DNA from: Lysobacterales bacterium
GTDB lineage: Bacteria; Pseudomonadota; Gammaproteobacteria; Xanthomonadales; Wenzhouxiangellaceae
Length of the DNA: 64,000 bases
Assembly: GCA_034520805.1 (NCBI GenBank)
Contig: JAXHNG010000008.1
Coordinates: forward strand, 489,513-553,512
Direction of reading: 5' to 3'
Shown here: piece by piece, positions 49,115-59,080 of the stretch
How positions within the stretch are numbered: the first letter of the stretch is position 1
How the letters are laid out: each line of letters opens with the position of its first letter
Notes under the pieces: generated by a model
Seen by the model: only the letters and a program-made list of their open reading frames with translations
Database searches by the model: none
What the model was told of the DNA's origin: nothing
Program-made: the position numbers and the translations under genes

Positions 49115-50743
49115 ATGCGCGCCATTCAGGATCAATTGGCTCACCGTGCCCGAAACACGCCCGACCAACTCTACCTGTCGCAGCCGATCGACCGGGATTG
49201 GTACACCTGGACCTGGGCCGAAGCCTTCGACGAGGCCAGGCGCATGGCCGCGGCACTGGAGCGCATGGATCTGGAACCCGGCGACCGGGTCGGCCTGATC
49301 TCGCGCAACTGCGCCCACTGGATCCTGGCCGACATGGCGATCATTCTCGCCGGCCTGGTCAGCGTCCCCGTCTACCCCACGGCCAAGGCCGGCACGATTC
49401 GCCAGATCCTGGAACACAGCAATTGCCGGGTCTGCTTCGTGGGCAAGATCGACCAGTCCGAAGAACGCCTCGCCGGCGTGCCCGAGGGCGTCACCACCAT
49501 TGCCATGCCCTATCCCGATAGCGCAGGCGATCATGACTGGAACGACCTGATCGAGCAGCCGGCCGGCGAATTCCAGACGCGCAAGCGTGACGACGAAGAC
49601 CTGGCCACCCTGCTCTACACCTCCGGCAGTACCGGCACGCCCAAGGGGGCGATGCACAGCTTCTCGAACTTCGCGTTCGTGGGGCACACGATTGCCACCG
49701 CGCTGGGCGTGGAGCCCGGTGACAAGGTCTTTTCCTACCTGCCGCTTTCACACTGCACCGAACGCGCCTACGTGGAAGCGGTGAGCTTCTATGCCGAGAC
49801 CTCGCTGTATTTCGCCGAGTCCATCGACACCTTCGCAGAAGACCTGCGCCACGTCCGCCCGACCCTGTTCGGATCGGTGCCGCGGCTGTGGAAGCGCTTT
49901 CAGCTCGGCGTGCTCGACCAGGTTCCGCCGAACAAGCTCGACCGGCTGCTGAAGATTCCGTTCGTCTCCTCGCTGGTCCGCCGCAAGATCAAGAAGGGGC
50001 TGGGCTTCGACCGCGCGCGCTGGTTCGCCAGCGGCAGTGCGCCGGTGGCCAAGTCACTGCTGGAATGGTGGGATCGCATCGGCGTGACCATTCGCGAAGG
50101 CTGGGGCATGACCGAGACCTTTGCCTACGGTACGCAGATCGGCCTCGACGTCGAACCGCGCTTTGGCACCATCAGCCGCGCGATGCCCCAGGCGGATCTC
50201 AAGATCGGCGACGAGCAGGAGCTGCTCATCCGCTGCCCGTGCCTGATGGACGGCTACTACAAGGCCGATGAGCTCACCGCCGAAAGCATGACCGACGACA
50301 ACTTCTTTCGCACCGGCGACCGCGCCTTCATCGAGAACGGCTTCGTGACCATCACCGGCCGCGTCAAGGAACTGTTCAAGACGGCCAAGGGCAAGTACAT
50401 CGCGCCGGTGCCGATCGAGAGCCTGCTCGCCCGGGACGCCTGGATCGAAATCGCCTGTGTGCTCGGAAGCGGCATGACCCAGCCGGTCGCGCTGGTGCAG
50501 CTCGCCGAGCATGCGCCGTCCAACCGCGATGAACTGATCGAAGAGCTCGAGGGCGACCTCGACCGGATCAATGCCGAACTCGAACCGCACGAGCGGCTGG
50601 CGCAGCTGTTCGTCGTCGCCGAGCCCTGGGAGGTCGACAACGGCCTGCTCACGCCCACGCTCAAGATCAAGCGCGACGCCATCGAGACCAAATATGCCGA
50701 CCTGGTCGCGCGCTCGGAAGGCCGGATTGTCTTCGAGAACTGA
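49115..50743 (+). CDS. AMP-binding long-chain acyl-CoA synthetase family
   Basis: YTSGSTGTPKG, SYLPLSH, GWGMTE, RTGD, GRVKE..K..KGKY, LTPTLKIKR. Confidence 0.92.
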   Translation: MRAIQDQLAHRARNTPDQLYLSQPIDRDWYTWTWAEAFDEARRMAAALERMDLEPGDRVGLISRNCAHWILADMAIILAGLVSVPVYPTAKAGTIRQILEHSNCRVCFVGKIDQSEERLAGVPEGVTTIAMPYPDSAGDHDWNDLIEQPAGEFQTRKRDDEDLATLLYTSGSTGTPKGAMHSFSNFAFVGHTIATALGVEPGDKVFSYLPLSHCTERAYVEAVSFYAETSLYFAESIDTFAEDLRHVRPTLFGSVPRLWKRFQLGVLDQVPPNKLDRLLKIPFVSSLVRRKIKKGLGFDRARWFASGSAPVAKSLLEWWDRIGVTIREGWGMTETFAYGTQIGLDVEPRFGTISRAMPQADLKIGDEQELLIRCPCLMDGYYKADELTAESMTDDNFFRTGDRAFIENGFVTITGRVKELFKTAKGKYIAPVPIESLLARDAWIEIACVLGSGMTQPVALVQLAEHAPSNRDELIEELEGDLDRINAELEPHERLAQLFVVAEPWEVDNGLLTPTLKIKRDAIETKYADLVARSEGRIVFEN

Positions 50744-50749
50744 TTTCGA

Positions 50750-51280
50750 TTAACCGCCGAACTGCTCGTCGAGCGGCGTCTCGGCGATGTGATTGGTGTA
50801 GTTCGAAAGCGTCTTCATGCCCACGCCGACGAGGACATCCAGAACGTGTCGGCGCTCGTAGCCGGCATCGAGAAAGGCCGAGACATCGGCATCCGAAGGG
50901 TTGCCGCGGCTGGAGACGACTTTTCCGGTAAACCGACGCAGTGCCTCCAGCCTCGAGTCGCCGATTTCGCTGCCATCGGCAGCAGCCCTGGCCACATCCT
51001 CGGGCACGCCCTGCATGGCGGCAATGGCAGTGTGGGCAGCCTTGCAGTAGCCGCATTCGTTGTCTTCACTGACTGCCAACAAAACGACCTGTTGTTCACT
51101 CGCACTGAAGTCGGTCTTCTCGAAGATCTGGTTCATGGTCATGTAGGCTTCCAGCATTGCCGGCGACTCGGCCATAATGCCCAGCAGGTTGGGCACGAAG
51201 CCATAAGCGGACTCGGCCTTTTCCAGCAGGGCGCGGGCTTCGGCCGGAGCGCTGGACTTGTCGTGTACGGTATAGCTCAT
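50750..51280 (-). CDS. Carboxymuconolactone decarboxylase/AhpD-like protein
   Basis: GFVPNL, N.CGYC.AAH, KTLSNY.NH; AAGGAG Shine-Dalgarno. Confidence 0.88.
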   Translation of the reverse strand: MSYTVHDKSSAPAEARALLEKAESAYGFVPNLLGIMAESPAMLEAYMTMNQIFEKTDFSASEQQVVLLAVSEDNECGYCKAAHTAIAAMQGVPEDVARAAADGSEIGDSRLEALRRFTGKVVSSRGNPSDADVSAFLDAGYERRHVLDVLVGVGMKTLSNYTNHIAETPLDEQFGG

Positions 51281-51423
51281 CTGGTTACTCCTTTGCGTTG
51301 CATGCAATTGGACGGGTGCACCGGTCGACGGCATTCGCGGCGATCCGGTACGACGCTTACCAGGAGTGTGCGATCGACACCCGGGTAGCAAAATACGTAG
51401 TAGCCGAAAGAACTTTCGAGACC

Positions 51424-52506
51424 ATGACACGCATCCTTCTTTTGTCCGCCTACCGTTCCGACAGCCACGCCGCCTGGGTCGACTGGCTGACCCGTAACAT
51501 CGAGGGCGTCGAGTGGGTCGTGCGCGAGCTGCCGGGCCGCCACTTCGCCTGGCGCATCCGCGGCAACCCCCTGAGCTGGCTCGACGACATTCCGGCCGAC
51601 CCACCCGACCGCGTGCTGGCGACCTCGATGGTCGACCTGGCCACCCTCAAAGGCATTCATCCGCAGCTGGCCGGCGTACCGACCACCTACTACTTCCACG
51701 AAAACCAACTGGCCTATCCAGTCAGCCGCAACCAGGTCAAAACGATCGAGCACGCCATCGTGCAGATCTACGGCGCCCTGGCGGCGGACGAACTGCTGTT
51801 CAATTCCGACTACAACCGCCGGACCTTTCTCGAGGGAACGGCCGAGTTCGCCGCAAAGATGCCCGACCGCGCACCGCGTGACCTGCCCGAGCGCCTGGCG
51901 CCGAAGTGCCGCGTTCTGCCGGTACCGATCGAGCCCGTGCCGGCGGCCGAGAAGCGGGACCGGAAGCTCATCGTCTGGAACCACCGCTGGGAATACGACA
52001 AGCGCCCGGAATTATTCGCCGAGGCCGTCTGCCGCCTGGCCGATCAGGGCGTGGACTTTCGACTGGCCCTGCTGGGAAAGCGCCCGCGAAACACGCCCCA
52101 AGCGCTGACGCGAATCCGCGAGCGCCTGCCCGATCGAGTCGTCGCCGACGGCCTGCTGCCACGCGAGGACTACCGAGCCCTCCTGGGCCGCGCCGGCGTG
52201 GTCGTCAGCACCGCCGACCACGAGTTCCAGGGCCTGGCCATGCTCGAGGCGGTCAGTGCCGGTGCGATACCCGTCGTGCCCGATGCGCTGTGCTACCGGG
52301 AACAGTACCCGGAACGATTTCGTTACCAGGCTGGGGATACCGCCAGCCTCGTCCAAATCCTTGGTAAACGGCTTGCAGCTCACAACCTCGTTGCGCCCGA
52401 TGTGAGGGACTGGTCCGAGGAGAGGCTCAGGGAAAGATGGCGGGCGGCGTTGCTTGGAGTCACATGCGAAAAGAATTCAGTCCCCAAGGGCAGAGGATTC
52501 TGCTGA
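51424..52506 (+). CDS. DUF3524/GT-B glycosyltransferase, GTDC1 (tRNA-queuosine mannosyltransferase)-like
   Basis: SH..W, LPGR.F.WR.RG, YFHENQL.YP, FNS.YN, WNHRWEYDK.PE, STA.HEFQG.AMLEA. Confidence 0.85.
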   Translation: MTRILLLSAYRSDSHAAWVDWLTRNIEGVEWVVRELPGRHFAWRIRGNPLSWLDDIPADPPDRVLATSMVDLATLKGIHPQLAGVPTTYYFHENQLAYPVSRNQVKTIEHAIVQIYGALAADELLFNSDYNRRTFLEGTAEFAAKMPDRAPRDLPERLAPKCRVLPVPIEPVPAAEKRDRKLIVWNHRWEYDKRPELFAEAVCRLADQGVDFRLALLGKRPRNTPQALTRIRERLPDRVVADGLLPREDYRALLGRAGVVVSTADHEFQGLAMLEAVSAGAIPVVPDALCYREQYPERFRYQAGDTASLVQILGKRLAAHNLVAPDVRDWSEERLRERWRAALLGVTCEKNSVPKGRGFC

Positions 52507-52631
52507 GCATTTCAGCGACCGTTTCGGTCTGTCGATGCATCCACTCTCGCACATCACCAGCGGATCCCGGCAGCAAGTTAGGGTAAGCTGACGATGGCAG
52601 GAACCAAAGAGACTCAATTCAGGGAGCGGGC

Positions 52632-55600
52632 ATGCCGCGACGAAACATCGCGCGCCAAAGGCGCGCCAAGTGCACTTCTATAATCATTCTCGAATCAACG
52701 AATCGCAAAAAGAAACTCGCCGGAACGAGCGGATACAAAAACGCCGCCTTCGGCTTGCTGATGGCAAGCATCACAGCATTTTCGGCGGGCCATGCCACCG
52801 GAGCGCCTGACCCGCAAGAAGCGGGTACCTCGGCCGCCCACGACCGGGTCGCCCCCGGAAGCATTCCCGAAGCGCTTCAGGGCGGCGCGTGGCAACAGAT
52901 ATCATCGCAAATCGAGGACGACAGGCATCGCATCCGCGAGCACAACGGCAACTGGCGGGCGCACACGCCCGGCCAGCGCTATTCGACGACCTTCGGACCC
53001 GACGGCCCCAACCTTGAGGTCCAGGACGGCGAGCGCCATCACACTGTCGGTTTCCGGTTTCGCAGCGCACTGGTGGACGGACAACCCGTTGCGACTCAAT
53101 CACCCGAGCAACTCGCCGAGGCCAACCGTATGAGCTACCAGCGAGGCGGGCTCACCGAGTGGTACGTCAATCGCCCGGAAGGTCTGGAGCAGGGCTTCAC
53201 GATTGACGAGGCACCGGACGGCGAGGTGCTGCATATCGAGATGTCGGTGGACTCGGACCTGACGCCCGCCCTCGCGACCAATACCCTGCTGCTCAGCGAC
53301 AACGGCCGGATCGTTTTCAGATATGCCGGCCTCAAGGCCTGGGACGCCACGGGTGGACCGCTTGCGGCGCAGATGGCGCTCAACCGCAGCCGGCTGACGC
53401 TGGAGGTCAACATCAAGGACGCCCGATACCCGATCACCGTGGATCCGGTTATGTTCAATGAAGTCGCAAAAGTCACACCCGACAGATCGTCTGATGCTTT
53501 CGGCCATCCGGGCGATCTCGCCGGTCGATCGGTCAGTATCGACGGCGACCGAGCGTTAATAGGCGCCGCCGGCTCCTTTGACGACGACTCCCCCTACAAC
53601 GAAGAGGCTTTTGTCTTCGAGCGAGATGCAGGGAGCGGAGAGTGGGAGTTCGTCGCTCAGTTGGCGCCCAACGACACAAATAGCAGTCGCTGGTTCGGAA
53701 ACTCAGTCAGTTTGTCGGGCGACCGTGCCTTGGTCGGCGCGATGCGGGATGATGAAAACGGACCCGAATCCGGATCAGCCTACATTTTCGTCTTCGACGG
53801 AACGGATTGGATCGAGACCGAAAAGCTGCTCCCGAGCGATCCGACCGAATATGAACGATTCGGCATCGCCGTCAGTCTGCAAGGCAACCGAGCGCTCGTT
53901 GGAGCCAGGGGCAGCAATTCTACGTATGTATTCGACTTCGACAGCGTTGCATGGAACGAAACCGGCAGGCTTCAGCCAGAAGAGGATATCGAAAACAACG
54001 GGTTCGGATACCCGCTCGCGTTGACTGGCAATCGTGCGCTGGTTGGAGCGGCCTTTGATAGCGAAAATGGCACCAACTCCGGCTCGGCGTACGTATTTGA
54101 GTTCAATGGCACCGACTGGCACCAAATGGACAAGCTACAGCCTGGTGACGGGGATGAAGCAGAATTCTTCGGCGTGTCCATCAGCTTATCGGACGACCTC
54201 GCACTCATCGGAGCCCCCCACGACGAGGACAATGGCCCCCAATCGGGTTCGGTCTACATATTCGAAAACGACGGCACAGACTGGAATGAGACTGCCAAAC
54301 TGCTACCGGGCGACGGCGCCGAGGACGACGAGTTCGGCCTTGTCGTCAGTCTTTCCGGAACTCGTGCGCTGGTGGGAACTTATGGGAGCGGCTCCGCTTA
54401 CATTTTCGACTTTGATGGAACCACCTGGGCCGAAACCGGCAAGCTCGAGCCGAAGGATGGGTCCGGAACTGACAGATTCGGCTATGCAGTCGACCTGTCT
54501 GGTGACCGCGCACTGGTGGGAGCCCCCTGGGATGACGATCACGGCGACGGGCTCGGCTCGGCCTATGTATTCGACTTCAGTACCGAGGGCTGGAACGAGA
54601 CCAGCAAACTGCTTGCGCCAGGAGATGAAGCCAGGGACGATCTATTCGGCCAGTCCGTCAGCTTGTCGGGTAATCGTGCGCTGATCGGAGCCTACGGCGA
54701 CGAAGACAATGGCCTTTATTCCGGCTCGGCCTACCTGTTCGAGTTCGAAGGGGGGCATTGGAATAAGACCGCCACACTTTTGCCGGGAGACGGCGCTGCG
54801 ACTGACCGTTTCGGCTACGCCGTCAGCCTGGCTGGCGATCGAGCGCTGATAGGCGCCCCAGGAAACGATGACAGCGGCCCCGCTTCAGGCTCGGCATATA
54901 TATTCGACTTCGACGGAGACGAGTGGAGCGAAACGGCCAAGTTGCTGGCCGGGGACGGCGCCGAGAATGATCGATTTGGGCATGCTGTCGGCCTTTCGGC
55001 TGATCGGGCCTTGATCGGTGCTTTCGGCAATGGCGACAATGGCCTTGAATCGGGCTCCGCCTACATCTTCGAATTCAACGGCGCAAGCTGGACCGAAACC
55101 TTCGAATTGTTGCCCGAGGACGGCGCGGAGGAAGAGCATTTCGGCTACGCCGTCAGTCTCTTGGGTGATCGCGCGTTGGTCGGGGCCCCCGGGCCATTGC
55201 GCCAATTCGGCTACACCACACCTGGAGCAGGATATATATTCCACTTCAACGGAACACAATGGAGTGAAACCGACAAACTGGCAGCAAGCGATGGTGATGC
55301 CGGGGATGAGTTCGGCCGAGCCGTGAGCTTGTCTGGAGATCGCGCACTGGTCGGAGCGCCAAAGAGTGACAGCAGCAGCTATCAATCCGGCGCCGCCTAT
55401 ATATTCAGTTTCAACGGCACCGAGTGGAGCGAACACTTCAAACTCATACCGGAAAAGGGATTGCAGGCAGTGGACTTCGGCGGCGCCGTCAGCCTGTCGG
55501 GCGATCAAGCGCTGGTAGGGGCGACTTATGGGGAATTCGGGCCAGGTGCGGCGCATGTGTTCGAACTCAGCGGCGCAAATTGGTTGGAAGTTGACAAGCT

Positions 55601-55760
55601 GCTTCCAGGACAGTGGGGCGAAGAGTTTGGCCCCGCGGTGAGCCTTTCCGGCTATCACGCGATCATCGGAATGCCAGGAGACGACGAAATAGGACCCGAT
55701 TCCGGTGCGGCCTACCTCTATTTGGTTACCGAAATCTTTTCGGATCAATTCGAGGATTAG
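52632..55760 (+). CDS. Secreted FG-GAP repeat protein (14 repeats), C-terminal IFSDQFE motif
   Basis: 14 FG..V.LSG.RALVGA units with G.AYIF; N-terminal domain EWYVN...GLEQGF...YPITVDP; start uncertain. Confidence 0.88.
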   Translation: MPRRNIARQRRAKCTSIIILESTNRKKKLAGTSGYKNAAFGLLMASITAFSAGHATGAPDPQEAGTSAAHDRVAPGSIPEALQGGAWQQISSQIEDDRHRIREHNGNWRAHTPGQRYSTTFGPDGPNLEVQDGERHHTVGFRFRSALVDGQPVATQSPEQLAEANRMSYQRGGLTEWYVNRPEGLEQGFTIDEAPDGEVLHIEMSVDSDLTPALATNTLLLSDNGRIVFRYAGLKAWDATGGPLAAQMALNRSRLTLEVNIKDARYPITVDPVMFNEVAKVTPDRSSDAFGHPGDLAGRSVSIDGDRALIGAAGSFDDDSPYNEEAFVFERDAGSGEWEFVAQLAPNDTNSSRWFGNSVSLSGDRALVGAMRDDENGPESGSAYIFVFDGTDWIETEKLLPSDPTEYERFGIAVSLQGNRALVGARGSNSTYVFDFDSVAWNETGRLQPEEDIENNGFGYPLALTGNRALVGAAFDSENGTNSGSAYVFEFNGTDWHQMDKLQPGDGDEAEFFGVSISLSDDLALIGAPHDEDNGPQSGSVYIFENDGTDWNETAKLLPGDGAEDDEFGLVVSLSGTRALVGTYGSGSAYIFDFDGTTWAETGKLEPKDGSGTDRFGYAVDLSGDRALVGAPWDDDHGDGLGSAYVFDFSTEGWNETSKLLAPGDEARDDLFGQSVSLSGNRALIGAYGDEDNGLYSGSAYLFEFEGGHWNKTATLLPGDGAATDRFGYAVSLAGDRALIGAPGNDDSGPASGSAYIFDFDGDEWSETAKLLAGDGAENDRFGHAVGLSADRALIGAFGNGDNGLESGSAYIFEFNGASWTETFELLPEDGAEEEHFGYAVSLLGDRALVGAPGPLRQFGYTTPGAGYIFHFNGTQWSETDKLAASDGDAGDEFGRAVSLSGDRALVGAPKSDSSSYQSGAAYIFSFNGTEWSEHFKLIPEKGLQAVDFGGAVSLSGDQALVGATYGEFGPGAAHVFELSGANWLEVDKLLPGQWGEEFGPAVSLSGYHAIIGMPGDDEIGPDSGAAYLYLVTEIFSDQFED

Positions 55761-55823
55761 CCACTGTCCGGGTTACAGGGCAGCTTGCGCTTGCATGAAT
55801 GCTCGGCGACAGGCTGCGACGGG

Positions 55824-56576
55824 TTATTGCCGACCCGTCGCCTGTGCGTCCAGTGCTTCGAGCCGCTTGAGAAGTGTCCGCGGAACCTCTTGCCCGGGAT
55901 AGCGCTCGCGGAAAGCCTGGACTTCGGCTCGGGCGCGCTCGGCATTGCCAATCGAAATAAAGCGATCGATCAGCCAGAGTGCGCGTTGTGCGCCGGCTGC
56001 CCTCTCGTCCAATATTTCGAGCTCGGCTTTAGCAGTCGCGTCCGGCATTTCCGGCAGTTGTACCCGATCGGATTCGGCTTGCCGGGATGCGCCCAGCGAT
56101 TGGTACTGCTCGCGGGCGGTGCGCTCGGCGTCGTCTGCGGCTGAATCTCGAACGCGGCGCTCCATCAGCGGTTCGGGGGGCGGCGCCGAGAGCATCGGCA
56201 TGGCTCGGTCCATGCCCATTTCCGCCTCGGCTTGCTCCCCCCTTCCACGCTGGCGCGCGGGCATGGCGTCCGGCGATTCGAGTCGTTCGATATCCGCAGC
56301 TTCGCTCGAGCCGCCCGCTCGATTCAGTTCGGTGGCGGGCAGTTCGGCTTCCGGCGGCTCAATGTTGGTGACGATCGAAACCACCACGAACAGCGATGCT
56401 GCCAGCGCCACGCCGCCGAGCCAGTGGGCCGGACGCGGCGCGCCGGACAATCGCGTATCGGCCCTGGCCCGGGCGCGAATGCGCTGATCGACGCCGGGGC
56501 CGGGCTCGATATCGCCCTGCTCGCGGTAGAGCCGCGCCAGGCGCTCTTGTTCGTCGTGTCGTTGCCTGTCGGTCAT
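55824..56576 (-). CDS. Putative anti-sigma/membrane protein
   Basis: EP....D..I...AR, single TM (W...VALAAS), C-terminal FRERYP; 4-nt overlap with the ECF gene. Confidence 0.65.
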   Translation of the reverse strand: MTDRQRHDEQERLARLYREQGDIEPGPGVDQRIRARARADTRLSGAPRPAHWLGGVALAASLFVVVSIVTNIEPPEAELPATELNRAGGSSEAADIERLESPDAMPARQRGRGEQAEAEMGMDRAMPMLSAPPPEPLMERRVRDSAADDAERTAREQYQSLGASRQAESDRVQLPEMPDATAKAELEILDERAAGAQRALWLIDRFISIGNAERARAEVQAFRERYPGQEVPRTLLKRLEALDAQATGRQ

Positions 56577-57139
56577 GGTTTACTCGCTTCGGCTGCAGGC
56601 CTGAGCAGCGTTCGCAGCTTTGAGGTGGCATAGCGCAGGCGGCTCTTGACCGTCTCGCGGCCGACGCCGCTGCGCTCGGCAATCTCTTCGAGTGTCAGGC
56701 CGGCCTCTTGCTGCAGCAGGAACGCTTCGCGCTGGACTCGAGAGAGTTGGCCCAGTGCCTGCATCAGTTCCGCGCGATGCTGCGCCTGCTCAACGGTCAC
56801 TTCCGGCGAGTCAATTCGGCTCGCGACCTGCTCCGCTTGCGATCCATCTGAATCCTCTCGCCCGCGATCCAGCGCGCGCCAGTGGTCGACCAGCCGGTTG
56901 TGCGCAATGCGGAAGGCATAGCGCTTGAACCCTGCATCCCTGCGGAAGCGCTTGCGCGCATCGATGATGCGCGTCCACACGTCCTGGAACAGTTCATCGG
57001 CCACCGTTCGGCTCCGTGTTGCATGGAACAGGTAGCGATAGAGCGGCTTTCGATAGCGCTCATAGAGCACGTCGAACGCACGCGCCTCGCCGCGACCGTA
57101 GGCCAGCATCAGATCGTCGTCGGATCGCGGTTCGTTCAT
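56573..57139 (-). CDS. ECF RNA polymerase sigma factor
   Basis: D..LM..Y..G...AF..LY.RY, DELFQDVW, IAHNRLVDHWR, QREAFLL, ETVKSRLRYA. Confidence 0.93.
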   Translation of the reverse strand: MNEPRSDDDLMLAYGRGEARAFDVLYERYRKPLYRYLFHATRSRTVADELFQDVWTRIIDARKRFRRDAGFKRYAFRIAHNRLVDHWRALDRGREDSDGSQAEQVASRIDSPEVTVEQAQHRAELMQALGQLSRVQREAFLLQQEAGLTLEEIAERSGVGRETVKSRLRYATSKLRTLLRPAAEASKP

Positions 57140-57229
57140 TGCATACGGTCGGCTCGTCGTCCAAGGCGATTCTACCGCTGACCGCGGCCCAACGCGCCGG
57201 ACTGAGCCCGGCACGTTGGGCCACGCGCT

Positions 57230-59011
57230 TCAATGGGCGACTACGGCTTCGCCGCCGACACCTGAATCAGCCACCTGAAAGCCCTCGGCCAGCCGCACCA
57301 GCTGCAGGAACTCACCGCGATAGCCGAATGCATCGGTACCCTTGGAAGCTTGCGCGAGGCGGTGGATATCGTCCATGCCGAAGCCTTCCAGATACTTGCC
57401 GCCGCGCAGGTGTTGCCCGAACGCCGCCACGGCCGCGGCAAACCGCAGGCGCTCGGAAGCCGATTCGGGCAGCGCGTTGTCGACCGGCTGTTCGATCAAG
57501 CGGCTGCGATCGGCTTCGGGCTCCTTGTAACGCAAGCGCACGAAGCCGAGCTCCGGCGCGGTGGTTTCGCGCGTGGCGCGATCGGGACCGTAACGCAGCG
57601 GGTCCATGCGCTCACCTTGACCATGCAAGGCGACCTCGTAGAGCGCGGTCACGGTATGGCCGGCGCCGATGTCACCGGCGTCGACCGCGTCGTTGTTGAA
57701 GTCCTCGCGCTCGAGTATGCGATTTTCGTAGCCGATCAGGCGGTACTCGGCGACCGCGGCCGGATTGAACTCGACCTGGATCTTGACGTCGCGGGCGATC
57801 GTTTGCAGCGTCGCGCCCATCTCGTCGACCAGCACTTTGCGCGCCTCGCTGAGCGTGTCGATGTAGGCGTGGTTGCCGTCACCGGCGTCGGCGAGTCGTT
57901 CCATCAGGTGGTCGTTGTAGTTGCCGGCACCGAAGCCCAGCGTAGTCAGCGCAATGCCGGACTTTCGACGGCGCTCGACCATGTCGACCAGAGCGTCGAA
58001 GTCGACCGTGCCGACATTGAAGTCGCCGTCGGTGGCCAGGATGATTCGATTGATGCCATCTTCGATGAACCCCTGTTGCGCCTGGGCGTAGGCCAGTTCG
58101 ATGCCGGCCGCGCCGTTGGTGCGCCCGCCGGCCTGCAGCTGATCGAGCGCGCTGCGGATTTTCACGGACTGGTCGCCGGGCGTGGATTCGAGCACGACAC
58201 CGGTTGCGCCGGCATAGACCACCAGGGCCACGCGGTCGTCCCCGTCGAGCTGCCCGGCGAGCATCTTGAGCGCATTCTTGAGCAATTCGAGCTTGTCGGC
58301 TGAACGCATCGAACCGGACACGTCGACGAGGAAGACCAGGTTGGCCGGCGGGACATCCCCGGGCGCGGGCTCGTAACCCTTGATGCCGATCTGCAGCAGC
58401 CGCGTGTTCGAGTTCCACGGCGTGGCAGCCTGGTCAACGACCACATTGAATGGCCTGCTGTCGTCTTCCGGGGGCGGATAGTCGTAGTCGAAGTAGTTGA
58501 TCATCTCCTCGACGCGCACGGCGCCTTCCGGCGGCAGCCGCCCGCCGTTGAGCATGCGCCGGACGTTGGCGTAGCTGCCGGTATCGACGTCGATACTGAA
58601 GGTCGATACCGGTTGCTCGCTGACCCGGTGGATCGGATTGGGATCGAGCGCGGCGTAGTTTTCGCGGTCGATCGGGCGATCCGGGTGGCGCAGGTGCGCG
58701 AGCGAATCGGTGGCATGCGGTACGGGCCGGGTCATCATTCCCAGCGGCTCGGCGGAAACCCCACGGTCACTGGCGAGATATTCGGCGATCGCCGGTTTCG
58801 CGCGCTGCCGGGGTTCGGGCTCGGGCGCGGTCTCGATGGTCAAGCGATCGATATTCAGTTCCGCGCGGTTGGCCGGATCCGGCTGGGTGGATTGCTCATC
58901 GTCGGTTTCCGGTGACGGCGAAACGCAGCCAACCGTCAGCGCGACGGCGCCAATCAGGGCGGCAACCAGTGCATGCTGCCGATGACTCGAGGTGCGGGTA
59001 GCGGTCTTCAT
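57230..59011 (-). CDS. YfbK-like vWA domain lipoprotein (DUF3520)
   Basis: STFSIDVDTGSY, VRVEEMINYF, MIDAS DVSGSM, LATDGDFNVG, YRLIGYENR; LTVGC lipobox. Confidence 0.9.
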   Translation of the reverse strand: MKTATRTSSHRQHALVAALIGAVALTVGCVSPSPETDDEQSTQPDPANRAELNIDRLTIETAPEPEPRQRAKPAIAEYLASDRGVSAEPLGMMTRPVPHATDSLAHLRHPDRPIDRENYAALDPNPIHRVSEQPVSTFSIDVDTGSYANVRRMLNGGRLPPEGAVRVEEMINYFDYDYPPPEDDSRPFNVVVDQAATPWNSNTRLLQIGIKGYEPAPGDVPPANLVFLVDVSGSMRSADKLELLKNALKMLAGQLDGDDRVALVVYAGATGVVLESTPGDQSVKIRSALDQLQAGGRTNGAAGIELAYAQAQQGFIEDGINRIILATDGDFNVGTVDFDALVDMVERRRKSGIALTTLGFGAGNYNDHLMERLADAGDGNHAYIDTLSEARKVLVDEMGATLQTIARDVKIQVEFNPAAVAEYRLIGYENRILEREDFNNDAVDAGDIGAGHTVTALYEVALHGQGERMDPLRYGPDRATRETTAPELGFVRLRYKEPEADRSRLIEQPVDNALPESASERLRFAAAVAAFGQHLRGGKYLEGFGMDDIHRLAQASKGTDAFGYRGEFLQLVRLAEGFQVADSGVGGEAVVAH

Positions 59012-59080
59012 CGTGCTCTCCATAGGCAAGGATTTCATGGAGAACAACGAGCCAACTCAAACGATGGGGTTATCCGGTAT

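Noticed and set aside
49016-49687. Apparent long N-terminal fusion on RarA (657-aa ORF)
   Set aside because: Extension is mostly antisense to the acyl-CoA ligase; RarA starts at 49015 behind its own -10 box
53500-55720. DNA-level repeats of about 165-170 bp period
   Set aside because: Fully explained by the FG-GAP protein repeats
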